64,000 nt of DNA from Trichoplax adhaerens (taxonomy: Eukaryota; Animalia; Placozoa): assembly GCF_000150275.1 (NCBI RefSeq), contig NW_002060961.1:787128-851127 (forward strand). The letters run 5' to 3'. The translations under genes were made by a program, and so were the position numbers. Positions 53,221 to 64,000 of this stretch are shown one piece after another. The notes under the pieces were generated by a model. That model was not told the DNA's origin, did no database searches, and worked only from the letters and a program-made list of their open reading frames with translations. Numbering within the stretch: position 1 is the first letter of the stretch; each line of letters opens with the position of its first letter.

Positions 53221-54040
53221 CCTTGATGCAGGCTGTTGGTCGTCTGGCCGATTTTGTAGTTAGTTTTCAAAGCTTTGGGGATATGTCTTATCATGAGAGT
53301 TGGATTTTAAGCAATTTCTTCACAAAGTATTGCACCTACTCATCAATGCTTGCTAGTTAGCTGTGCGTTATAAAATAGTACTTTGCGATAGATTATATAC
53401 GCGTATATGCACGCGCTAGATATAGTGTTAACAAAAGATAATTTATTTATCAACGCTGGCTACTTGTCTGAATTATTTTGTAGTCATTTATCAAAGTCTT
53501 GAGGATATATTTTATTATAAAAGTTGGGTTTTAAAATTACTTTTACGTAAAAATTTACCTATTTATCAACGCTGGTAACTCATTGCCTATGCTATTTTGT
53601 AGTCAATTTTGTTAAGTATTGAGGACAGATTTTATCATGAGAGTTGAATTTTAAGTAATTTTAATATAAAGTTCTTTGCCTACTCATCAATACTTGCTAA
53701 AAGTATTGAGGATGAATTGTATCTTCAGCTTTGAGTTGGAAGCAATTTTTATATGAACTTTGCCCACTCATTAATGCTTGTTAAAAGTATTGAGGCCATG
53801 TTTTATTATCAGATTTGAGTTGGAAGCAATTTTTATATAAACCCTTACGTACTTATGAATGCTTGCTAAAAGTATTGAGGACATAATTGATCATCAGATT
53901 TGAGTTGGAAGCAATTTTTATATAAACTCTTGCGTACTCATGAATGCTTGCTAAAAGTATTGAGGACATGATTGATCATCAGATTTGAGTTAGAAGCAAT
54001 TTAATATAAAACTTTACCTACTCATCAATGCCGGCTAACA
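53221..54040. repeat. Tandem repeat: three units of about 120 bp followed by four related 84-85-bp units
   Basis: aagtattgagg anchors at 53701, 53785, 53870, 53955; related diverged units from 53221. Confidence 0.88.
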
Positions 54041-54687
54041 GTTATCTGAAGTACAGTATTTGCAGATATGCATTAAAGTTTTGAGGGTCAATTTTATCAT
54101 GCTTCGTTTCTATAAGTGATGAGCCACTAGTTGATAATATTTTATAATAAACTACAGCAGTCATTTTGGAATGGGTTGATACGATGCTAACAGAATATTT
54201 CCCGTTTATCAATGTTACGATATCATCGTAGCTCTTATATCATGCGATGTATCCGTACCTACATAATGATACCGCATTTATGGTAGTGATGCTTTAACTT
54301 TAATTTAATATACTAGCAAATACAGGGTGAATGATCATGAAACACTATTATTAATCCAATGAACATAGTTATTCTATAAGAGATGCTGTATGGCATTTAT
54401 ACTGAGATTTTGATGTAATGCTTGCCTACTATGAAATCTGTTATTTTGGGAAAAATTTTTTAGATTTCACTGCATTCATAAAATGTCTTGCGTCGTAGCA
54501 GCAAAACGAAATATTATTTGGGTAGTAAGAGCAGGAATAGCATAAACTGAATGGACCATTATCCTGTTAGTACAACAGTAACGCTCAATATTATAGTAAT
54601 ATAAAATTGGCCAAGTTAAAACTGGAAATATTTCTTTTCATTGTAGCAAGTAATTGGAATTGATAGCATCTTCTTAAAGAGCAATTT

Positions 54688-56751
54688 TTAGTATCCTTTG
54701 CTACCACGGAATCGAGTTCGATTATCCAACTAAAACAGTAAATAGATAGAAGAAAAGTTAAATATCAAGTAAACCTGGGTGTTATTTTTTATACAGTAGA
54801 TCGTCTTATTTTACAGCTATGTAGCACTTAATAAATTACACTGTCAAGCATCGAGCTGGCTGCATGCATTTCAATGGTCATTTATGCTAGTAGCCTATGA
54901 ACTACAGTACTGTATAACGACCGGTATATCAGTTCAATCAATTGGCATTTATCGAATAGAACTAGGTCTTTTCATGAGTTATAATTGAAATCAGCTTGCT
55001 GTGATCAATGTTACAGTAATTTATCACGATGACACATGATACTATAACGAATAGTAGCACCCCCTTATCGAGCAAAAGGATAGACTTTTAAGGATTTCAT
55101 TGGTTGAACAGGAAAAGTACATCCAATTATTTGAGGTGGAAAAGTATATCCTAACAAATCTAGCCTTGAGTACTCGTAACAATTGAAAGGGCAACATTGG
55201 GACATGATCATTCGCGTCTAGCGAGCGCTGTCTAAGGTATTTCTAGCATGCACTAATCGAACCTAGTCATCGACTGTAATAGACTATCATGGTTTAATTA
55301 TATGAGATGGGAAAGTATCTCCATGGTAAATCTAAAGGGGGCAGGGGTAACTCATTGCCTTGGTACATGATACTGTACATATAGCCAACTCTGTCTCTAC
55401 GAAATGGAACATGTAAGGGTTGAATTATTTGAAATGGAAAAGAGTATCGATGATAAATCGAGCCTTACACCAGTACTCGTAACCATCTGAAGAGCAACAA
55501 CAACTGATAGCGTTGATATGTCGTTCGCATAACGTATTATGTCTTTACCCAATGTAACAGCAGCCAGCAATGGAACATGTAAGGGTTGAATAATGTGAAT
55601 GGAAAAATTATATCCATGCCAAATCTAGCCTTAGGCAAGCACTCGTAACAATCTAAAGAGCAACAACATCTCACGGCCTTGATAGATGATACTGTATGTA
55701 CTCGTATAACCAACTCTGTCTCTGCGAAATGGAACAGCAGGGCAGTTATGAAATATACTCGTAGAAGGGTTCAATTATTTGAAATGGAAAGGAGTATACG
55801 AATATCGATGGCAACTGTAGCCTTACGCAAGGTCTGGCAACAATCTGAAGAGCGATAGTAACTCATCGGCATATGCTATTGTACGTATAACCAACTCTGT
55901 CTTGACCAAATCCAATAGTAGGCAATGATTAAACAGGTAAGGGTTAAATGCTATGTAATAGAAATGTACATCGATGGCAAATGTAGTCTTACGCAAGTAC
56001 TGGCAACCATCTGAAGAGTAACAACAACTCATATTGCATTGATATAGGATATTGTATGGACGTATAACCCATTCTGTTTTTGTGAGATTGAACCGTAGGC
56101 AGTTATGAAAGATAAATGTATGCTTTAAGGGTTGTCTACGTTGAAATGGACCAGTTGACGAAGGACAAATGTAGTTGCCAAGCATGATATGTACAATTGT
56201 ACATAGGGTAGTATCCCTAGTACTACTAGCTTGTAGTGAAAGCATGAGTTTAATAGCATATCCTAGCAACTTACCAGCGATCGTTTACACTCGAAAAATG
56301 AATTTTGCAGTGTTCTACATTCATAAGGGACACCTTGATTTTCTTTCTTAAGGCATTCCTTAGGGGTCCTACCGTGCTAGAATAAAAGATGATCCATCAT
56401 TGGCAAGTTGTAGTGGATGATTCAATGTACTTTGATACAGCTTTAGACTATTTGTAGGAGTGGTAACCTACAAAGCAAAGAGTAAAGAGCTAGTTCGCTC
56501 TCTCATTGCTGACTACCTTACCTATTGCCAGTCCATCAGTCTACAGTAGGTGATTTAGTTATTAGAGTAAACTCAACACAAGTGAAAGAGATCGTTTGTA
56601 TCCTAGCACTAGAGATGAAGAAGATCAAGTTTACCTTTTGCACACAATCACTAGCCAATAAACAATCGATTAACTCTTGTCTTAATCCAGCACAAGCTTT
56701 CCTGCCATATTTGCTAGGGGTTTCATCAGCAGCTTGAGGTTGGTCCGCCAT
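54688..56751 (-). CDS. COA5: Cytochrome c oxidase assembly factor 5 (PET191 family), 86 aa
   Basis: Exons 56751-56635 (MADQ...ACAGLRQELIDCLLASDCVQK), 56376-56275 (HGRTPKECLK...FFECKRSL), 54729-54688 (LDNRTRFRGSKGY*). Matches human ACAGLKEDL.ACLLQSDCV...FFECKRSVLDNRARFRGRKGY. Confidence 0.95.
55100..56135. repeat. Degenerate tandem repeat (about 170-220 bp, about 6 copies) in COA5 intron 2
   Basis: Recurring aagggttgaa...tggaaa...tagcctta...actcgtaac.atctgaagagc...ccaactctgtct. Confidence 0.75.
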
Positions 56752-57101
56752 GAATGCAATTGAAATTGATTGGGTCGAATTCAACTCAGCGTTAAATGGA
56801 ATATCGATGCAATAACACTCTTAATGGAATAAAAATAGCTTTGCCATGCAGATTAGCCTTCAATAACATCTATATCATGGCAATGGAAGGAGAAATGGAG
56901 CTTTCTTAACGTAGCTAACAATGCTGCAAGCGATCAATTTGGGTGCAACCCTTTCAACTGGATTGGCAACCTTGCGTCTGCCTACTGATGACGATAGTGA
57001 CGATAGGGTGGGTGCTAGAACGAGAGCTGGTGCTGAGTCTATTGAATGGATCCGATAGGGCTTATGGGGCGTAGTTTACCTTGCGGTAAATGGCTTAATA
57101 T

Positions 57102-58625
57102 GCTATATTAGACTTTATTCATGGATCTCCTAGCAAGAGTCTGTAGACCGATTGTTTTGCCATCTCATTTTATGAGCGTCGTAGGATACTTTTGGTGGCT
57201 TGCTTGATGCCTATATCCTGAGTGCTCACACCAAAATCGATGGACTATCCAATACTATATAGTGGTAGGCAAAGATGGAGCAAGCATGTCGGGCTGAATC
57301 TCACTTACAGCAGCTATACTAGACTTTATTCATGGATCTCCTAGCAAGAGTCTGTAGACCGATTGGTTTGCTATCTCATATTATGAGCGTCTTAGGATAC
57401 TTTGCTAGCTTGCTTGATGCCCATATCCTAAGTGCTCACACCAAAGTCGATGGACTATCCAATACTATATAGTGGTAGGCAAAGATGGAGCAAGCATGTC
57501 GGGCTGAATCTCACTTACAGCAGCTATACTAGACTTTATTCATGGATCTCCTAGCAAGAGTCTGTAGACCGATTGGTTTGCTATCTCATATTATGAGCGT
57601 CTTAGGATACTTTGCTGGCTTGCTTGATGCCTATATCCTAAGTGCTCACACCAAAGTCGATGGACTATCCAATACTATATAGTGGTAGGCAAAGATGGAG
57701 CAAGCATGTCGGGCTGAATCTCACTTACAGCAGCTATACTAGACTTTATTCATGGATCTCCTAGCAAGAGTCTGTAGACCGATTGGTTTGCTATCTCATA
57801 TTATGAGCGTCTTAGGATACTTTGCTGGCTTGCTTGATGCCTATATCCTAAGTGCTCACACCAAAGTCGATGGACTATCCAATACTATATAGTGGTAGGC
57901 AAAGATGGAGCAAGCATGTCGAGCTGAATCTCACTTACAGCAGCTATACTAGACTTTATTCATGGATCTCCTAGCAAGAGTCTGTAGACCGATTGGTTTG
58001 CTATCTCATATTATGAGCGTCTTAGGATACTTTGCTGGCTTGTTTGATGCCTATATCCTAAGTGCTCACACCAAAGTCGATGGACTATCCAATACTATAT
58101 AGTGGTAGGCAAAGATGGAGCAAGCATGTCGAGCTGAATCTCACTTACAGCAGCTATACTAGACTTTATTCATGGATCTCCTAGCAAGAGTCTGTAGACC
58201 GATTGGTTTGCTATCTCATATTATGAGCGTCTTAGGATACTTTGCTGGCTTGCTTGATGCCTATATCCTAAGTGCTCACACCAAAGTCGATGGACTATCC
58301 AATACTATATAGTGGTAGGCAAAGATGGAGCAAGCATGTCGAGCTGAATCTCACTTACAGCAGCTGCTACTGGATCGTATATATGTTATATATATAATAA
58401 TTAATATGCTATACTAGACTTTATTCATGGATCTCCTAGCAAGAGTCTGTAGAGCGATTGGTTTGCTATCTCATTTTATGTGCGTCGTAGGATACTTTGG
58501 TGGCTTGCTTGATACCTATATCCTAAGTGCTCACACCAAAGTCGATGGACTATCTAATACTATATAGTGGTAGGCAAAGATGGAGCAAGCATGTCGAGCT
58601 GATTCTCACTTACAGCAGCTGCTAC
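57102..58625. repeat. 210-bp satellite, 7 copies, the last offset by a short AT-rich insert
   Basis: agactttattcatggatctcc at 57110, 57321, 57531, 57741, 57951, 58161 and about 58416; central copies nearly identical. Confidence 0.97.
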
Positions 58626-58837
58626 TTGGTCGTTTGTTCCAGTACTGTATTGCAGAAGGCTTTGCATATCTCTATGCATTGGATGTGATTGCGAGCTGCT
58701 GCACAGCTGGAACTCAGGCTTAGCATGAAGCAGCTGCAGAGTTGCCGTTGTTGTGATATTGGACGCTGCTGTGCTATCCTTCGATGATCTGTATTAGTCT
58801 GTATACATCGATGTTGAACGCCAAAAGAAGAAAATTA

Positions 58838-60565
58838 GCTTGCAAACATGGCCAACTGTACTCCTGTAGAATGGCTGTCTCCACAGTGGTGCGACTTAGT
58901 ATGTACCTTACAACAAGCAAAATTTTGGTACTAGGGATGAGCGAAATTCAGACAGTTGCATACATGATGCAGCATTAGGTTTATTTCTGGGCTTGCAAAC
59001 ATGGCCGATTGTACTACTGTACTAATATGGCTGGCTGTACTACTATAGTATGACTGCAATCACAGTAGTGCGAAGAAATGAAACTTACAACAGTTGCATC
59101 CATGATGCTGCATTAGACCTCTATCTGACGTGGAATGAGGGCTTGCAAAACATGGCTGATTGTACTACTGTACTAGTAGGATTGCAACTGCAGCAATGTG
59201 ACTTAGCATACTGTCTCTACATTCGAAGTACTGTACCTTACAACGAACAAACTTTGCACAAGTGATGAGCGAAGAAATAAAATTCACAACAGTTGCATGC
59301 ATGATGCTGCATTGGACTTCTATCTGGCGTGGAATGGGTGGGCTTGCAAACATGGCTGACTGTACTACTTATAATAAATCCGTCTCACAATAACTATCTT
59401 CGTCAAATGGTATTTTCTAAAAGGCTTTATTACAAGGTTTTAGGAATAGTAGAGCAATAACTAATTACTACAAGAATCGAGTCTAAAATCCAAAGTATTC
59501 CGAGCTCAAAGCGAAGTGAAGTCTCTTCTCTCCTGCCAGCTCATCTTTGCAGTTCTTATAAACATTTCGTTCAATTCATCGATGACAACTTGATTCATCT
59601 ACAATCAGACATGAGTCATCAAACAAAATACTTTTCTCTAATAACACATCATTATTTTCTACCATTTAAATCATTGCACTTGAGATGTTCCTACTCTTCT
59701 ATGAACGTCTAGCTGCTTTCTCCGAAGGGCATCTTAACAACGACAGTGTTTCTAGCTACCTAAATCTTGTACCATAATGAGTCAACTGGCTACGATTAGT
59801 CATCAACAATTTGTAACATAGTAGTTAGCAATCATTTAATATTAGCTTCATGATCATATCTATTCAAAGTAACCTAACTATATCAAATATGGTTATCCGT
59901 ATAATCCAATATGGATGCATGACTACATGTACTAGTATGGTTGCAATCACAGTAGAGCGAAGAAATGCAACTGACGACAGTTGCATGCATGATGCTGCAT
60001 TGGACTTATTTCTGAAGTGAAATGAGTGGGCTTGCAAACATGGCTGATTGTACTAGTATGACCGCAACCGTAGCAGTGTGACTTAGTATACAGTATACCT
60101 TAAAACAAACAGACTTTTGCACAAGTGATGAGCGAAGAAATGAAACTGACGACAGTTGCATGCATGATGCTGCATTAGACTTCTTTCTGACGTGGAATGG
60201 GTGGGCTTGCAAATATGGCTGACTGTACTAGTATGATTGCAACCACAGCAGTGTGACTTAGCATACTGTCTCCACCTTAAAAGTACTGTACCTTACAGCA
60301 AACAAACTTTGCACAAGTGATGAGCGAAGAAATTAGTTGCATGGATGATGCTGCATTGGACTTATTTCTGACGTGAGATGAGTGAACTTGCAAACATGGC
60401 TGATTGTACTACTATACTAGTATGATTGCAACCACAGCAGTGTGACTTAGCATACTGTCTACCTTAGAAGTACTGTGCCTGACAACAAACAAAACTTTGC
60501 ACAAATGATGAGCGAAGAAATGAGTTGCATCCATCATGCTGCATTGGACTTTATTTGTGGACGTG
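58838..60565. repeat. Diverged tandem repeat of about 150-200 bp (about 7 copies), interrupted by about 550 bp of unrelated sequence (about 59372-59925)
   Basis: Recurring gcttgcaaacatggctga.tgtacta, gagcgaagaaat, agttgcat.catgatgctgcatt.gactt. Confidence 0.88.
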
Positions 60566-60910
60566 GGGTCAGTAGCCTCTATCGTCTAGCTACGATTACC
60601 TGAGTACTATTGCGCTTAAGCTCGAGGTAAAGGAGCCCAATGACCACTCATGACCTTTCTTAGGTCTACATTGGATGCAATCGTTGTTATGCTACACATT
60701 GCTACAGTACAGTTGCTAGTTGCAAAGCATGCCCTGCACCACTTTGCACAAGATTGCCTTGAATAGTATCATCGGATAGCGTGATCATGATTGATGGATT
60801 TCAAGCCATACAAAACATTGGAGGCAGTATAGTACCGATAGTCAAGAATGCAACAGAAACAACCTTCCTGAAGAATGCATTGAGCTGTATGAAAGGAGAA
60901 AATGCCCCAC

Positions 60911-61535
60911 GCAAGACTGGAGCTCATCTCCATGACCACCGTTTGCAGCAGAGGCAAAGGCTGCAATCAACTCTGTCCAACTCCATACTAGAGGAGAAGG
61001 AATGGAGTAGAGTATGAAAGACTGGAGCTCATCTCCATGACCACCGTTTCCAACTCTATACTACAGGAGAAGGAATAGAGTAGAGTATGCAAGACTGGAG
61101 CTCATCTCCATGACCACCGACCGTTTACAGGAGAGGCAAAGGCTGCAATCGACTCTGTCCAACTGCATACTACAGTAGAAGGAATAGAGTAGAGTATGCA
61201 AGACTGGAGCTCATCTCCATGACCACCGACCGTTTGCAGGAGACGCAAAGGCTGCAATCAAGTCTGTCCAACTCCATAGCTAAAGGAGAAGGAATAGAGT
61301 AGAGTATGCAAGACTGGAGCTCATCTCCATGACCACCGACCGTTTGCAGGAGACGCAAAGGCTGCAATCGAGTCTGTCCAACTCCATAGCTAAAAGAAAG
61401 GGAATAGAGTAGAGTATGCAAGACTGGAGCTCATCTCCATGACCACCGTTTGCAGGAGAGGCAAAGGCTGCAATCGACTCTATCCAACTCCATACTAGAG
61501 GATATACCTGCAGGAGAAGGAATAGAGAAGAGTAT
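60911..61535. repeat. About 110-bp tandem repeat, 6 copies (one internally deleted)
   Basis: gcaagactggagctcatctccatgaccacc at about 60912, 61017, 61089, 61198, 61308, 61418. Confidence 0.93.
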
Positions 61536-62164
61536 TTGCCTATTTTTGGACCACTGATCCACTATACAATCCTGTTTGTCGCTTGATTTCCATACAAATA
61601 GCACTTACACTCTGCTGTGTTTCAGCCACACCATGACGTGGCCAGGCCAAAGCCAAGCTGGCGCGTCCGTCCTCTTTCCTTCTGTCTGTCAAGATCATAC
61701 AAGCTATCTACCAGCGCTAACATGGGATGAAAGTGGATAGAAATCCTGTACAAGGGATCCTATTGAGGGTTGGTCGTGGATAGCACTCCAATCATCCTAT
61801 AGGCTAGTATACAATCAAGAACATCCTCTTACAAATCACTCTTATCGCCACTACTGTTTGAGTTCAAGTGCAACAGCGCTACCTCTAGTATCCAACAGCT
61901 CGCCAGCGTTGGCCATCCACGTCCGTTGGCCGTCGTCGTCCAAAAGGCAAAATTGGCCAGCAAGGAAGGCCAAAATCGACTTTTAATTGCTTTTCCTTTT
62001 GCTTTAATCCATTGCAAATCAGCCATCAGCATCCTATTGGACTTGATTGCATCGTCGATACCTTTTTCTGTGCTGTTGGAACCTGTGAAATTACTTTTTG
62101 GAGCGGCAACGCAGTTGTCATTGCTACATTGGGTAGGTGTCTTTTTCTTCTTCTTTTCCCCTCT

Positions 62165-62767
62165 CTTGTCCATCCATGTTGCTTTGCATTTCTTCCTTCC
62201 TTTTCTAATGGCGGAAAGATTGGCCTACCACTTTGACTTACAGCGATGGATTCCACTTTTACGGCTATTTTCGATCCTTGTTGCTTCCATTACTTTCTTC
62301 ATGTTGAACTGGATCGACATCGATCGCAGTGTTGGCTACTGCTAATAGATAGGTTGCCATGGGGGGGGGGGGCTGCTGATATTTTCCAACTTTTTCCTCT
62401 ATCTTGCCCATCCTTGTTGCTTTGATTTCTTCCTTCTCCAATGGCGGAAAGATTGGCCTACCACTTGGACCTACAAGGGATGGATTCAGCTTTTACGGCT
62501 ATGGGTTGATTACTTTCTTCATGTTGAACTGGATCGATATAATAGGATAGCGATGACAGTGTTGCCTACTGCTAGTAGATAGGTTGCCATTGGGGGGCTG
62601 ATATTGTCCATCTTTTTCCTCGATCTTGTCCATCCTTGTTGCTTTGATTTCTTCCTTCTCCAATAGCGGAAAGATTGGCCTACCACTTGGACCTACAAGT
62701 TATATATTTAGCTTTTACGGCTATGGGTTGATTACTTTCTTCATGTTGAACTGGATCGATATCGATC
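62165..62767. repeat. About 230-bp tandem repeat, 3 copies running into the gap
   Basis: cttg.ccatcc.tgttgcttt...gcggaaagattggcctaccactt...ttactttcttcatgttgaactggatcga at about 62165, 62403, 62625. Confidence 0.88.
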
Positions 62768-62817
62768 NNNNNNNNNNNNNNNNNNNNNNNNNNNNNNNNN
62801 NNNNNNNNNNNNNNNNN
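62768..62817. other. Assembly gap (50 N)
   Basis: Run of N. Confidence 1.
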
Positions 62818-62850
62818 TCTAGCACTAGAGATGAAGAAGATCAAGTTTAC

Positions 62851-62967
62851 CTTTTGCACACAATCACTAGCCAATAAACAATCGATTAACTCTTGTCTTA
62901 ATCCAGCACAAGCTTTCCTGCCATATTTGCTAGGGGTTTCATCAGCAGCTTGAGGTTGGTCCGCCAT
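62851..62967 (-). CDS. COA5: Second copy of COA5 exon 1, partial; downstream exons not visible because of the gap
   Basis: Same sequence as 56635-56751 at offset 6216. Confidence 0.8.
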
Positions 62968-63317
62968 GAATGCAATTGAAATTGATTGGGTCGAATTCAA
63001 CTCAGCGTTAAATGGAATATCGATGCAATAACACTCTTAATGGAATAACGATAGCTTTGCCATGCAGATTAGCCTTCAATAACATCTATATCATGGCAAT
63101 GGAAGGAGAAATGGAGCTTTCTTAACGTAGCTAACAATGCTGCAAGCGATCAATTTGGGTGCAACCCTTTCAACTGGATTGGCAACCTTGCGTCTGCCTA
63201 CTGATGACGATAGTGACGATAGGGTGGGTGCTAGAACGAGAGCTGGTGCTGAGTCTATTGAATGGATCCGATAGGGCTTATGGGGCGTAGTTTACCTTGC
63301 GGTAAATGGCTTAATAT

Positions 63318-64000
63318 GCTATATTAGACTTTATTCATGGATCTCCTAGCAAGAGTCTGTAGACCGATTGGTTTGCCATCTCATTTTATGAGCGTCGTAG
63401 GATACTTTTGGTGGCTTGCTTGATGCCCATATCCTAAGTGCTCACACCAAAATCGATGGACTATCCAATACTATATAGTGGTAGGCAAAGATGGAGCAAG
63501 CATGTCGGGCTGAATCTCACTTACAGCAGCTATACTAGACTTTATTCATGGATCTCCTAGCAAGAGTCTGTAGACCGATTGGTTTGCTATCTCATATTAT
63601 GAGCGTCTTAGGATACTTTGCTGGCTTGCTTGATGCCTATATCCTAAGTGCTCACACCAAAGTCGATGGACTATCCAATACTATATAGTGGTAGGCAAAG
63701 ATGGAGCAAGCATGTCGGGCTGAATCTCACTTACAGCAGCTATACTAGACTTTATTCATGGATCTCCTAGCAAGAGTCTGTAGACCGATTGGTTTGCTAT
63801 CTCATATTATGAGCGTCTTAGGATACTTTGCTGGCTTGCTTGATGCCTATATCCTAAGTGCTCACACCAAAGTCGATGGACTATCCAATACTATATAGTG
63901 GTAGGCAAAGATGGAGCAAGCATGTCGAGCTGAATCTCACTTACAGCAGCTATACTAGACTTTATTCATGGATCTCCTAGCAAGAGTCTGTAGACCGATG
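63318..64000. repeat. Second array of the 210-bp satellite, running off the window
   Basis: Same unit as 57102-58625. Confidence 0.95.

Noticed and set aside
55823-56269. 148-aa minus-strand ORF
   Set aside because: Lies in the degenerate repeat inside COA5 intron 2 and has a non-ATG start
57102-61535. Tandem arrays as CRISPR or hammerhead-ribozyme satellites
   Set aside because: No unique spacers or cas genes in this eukaryotic context, and no CUGANGA...GAAA core with the required stems
61829-62345. ORFs of 114-139 aa next to the 230-bp repeat
   Set aside because: They overlap on both strands, run into repeat units with stops and match no known domain

Overview
AT-rich, intron-containing animal DNA. 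The small GT-AG introns, TPR-gene expansion and 50-N scaffold gap suggest a placozoan such as Trichoplax, which is my inference. Splicing by hand gives seven genes plus one pseudogene: a 14-exon LRR single-pass receptor with an 8.9-kb first intron and a PDZ-ligand C-terminus (+), SH3BGR-like (-), APEX1 (-, with a 1-nt frameshift in exon 9), GET1/WRB (+), a myristoylation-motif TPR protein (+) and its decayed paralog, lebercilin LCA5 (-, with an upstream RFX X-box) and COA5 (-). From about 53 kb the window is a mosaic of at least six tandem-repeat families, and COA5 exon 1 plus the 210-bp satellite recur after the gap. Main leads: (1) SH3BGR, GET1 and LCA5 are linked here as in human 21q22 and 6q14; (2) the LRR receptor resembles synaptic adhesion molecules and has a repetitive tail; (3) the APEX1 frameshift; (4) clusters of a palindromic CAGTACTG/CTGTACAG motif near promoters; (5) a tandem repeat with a box C/D snoRNA-like layout.
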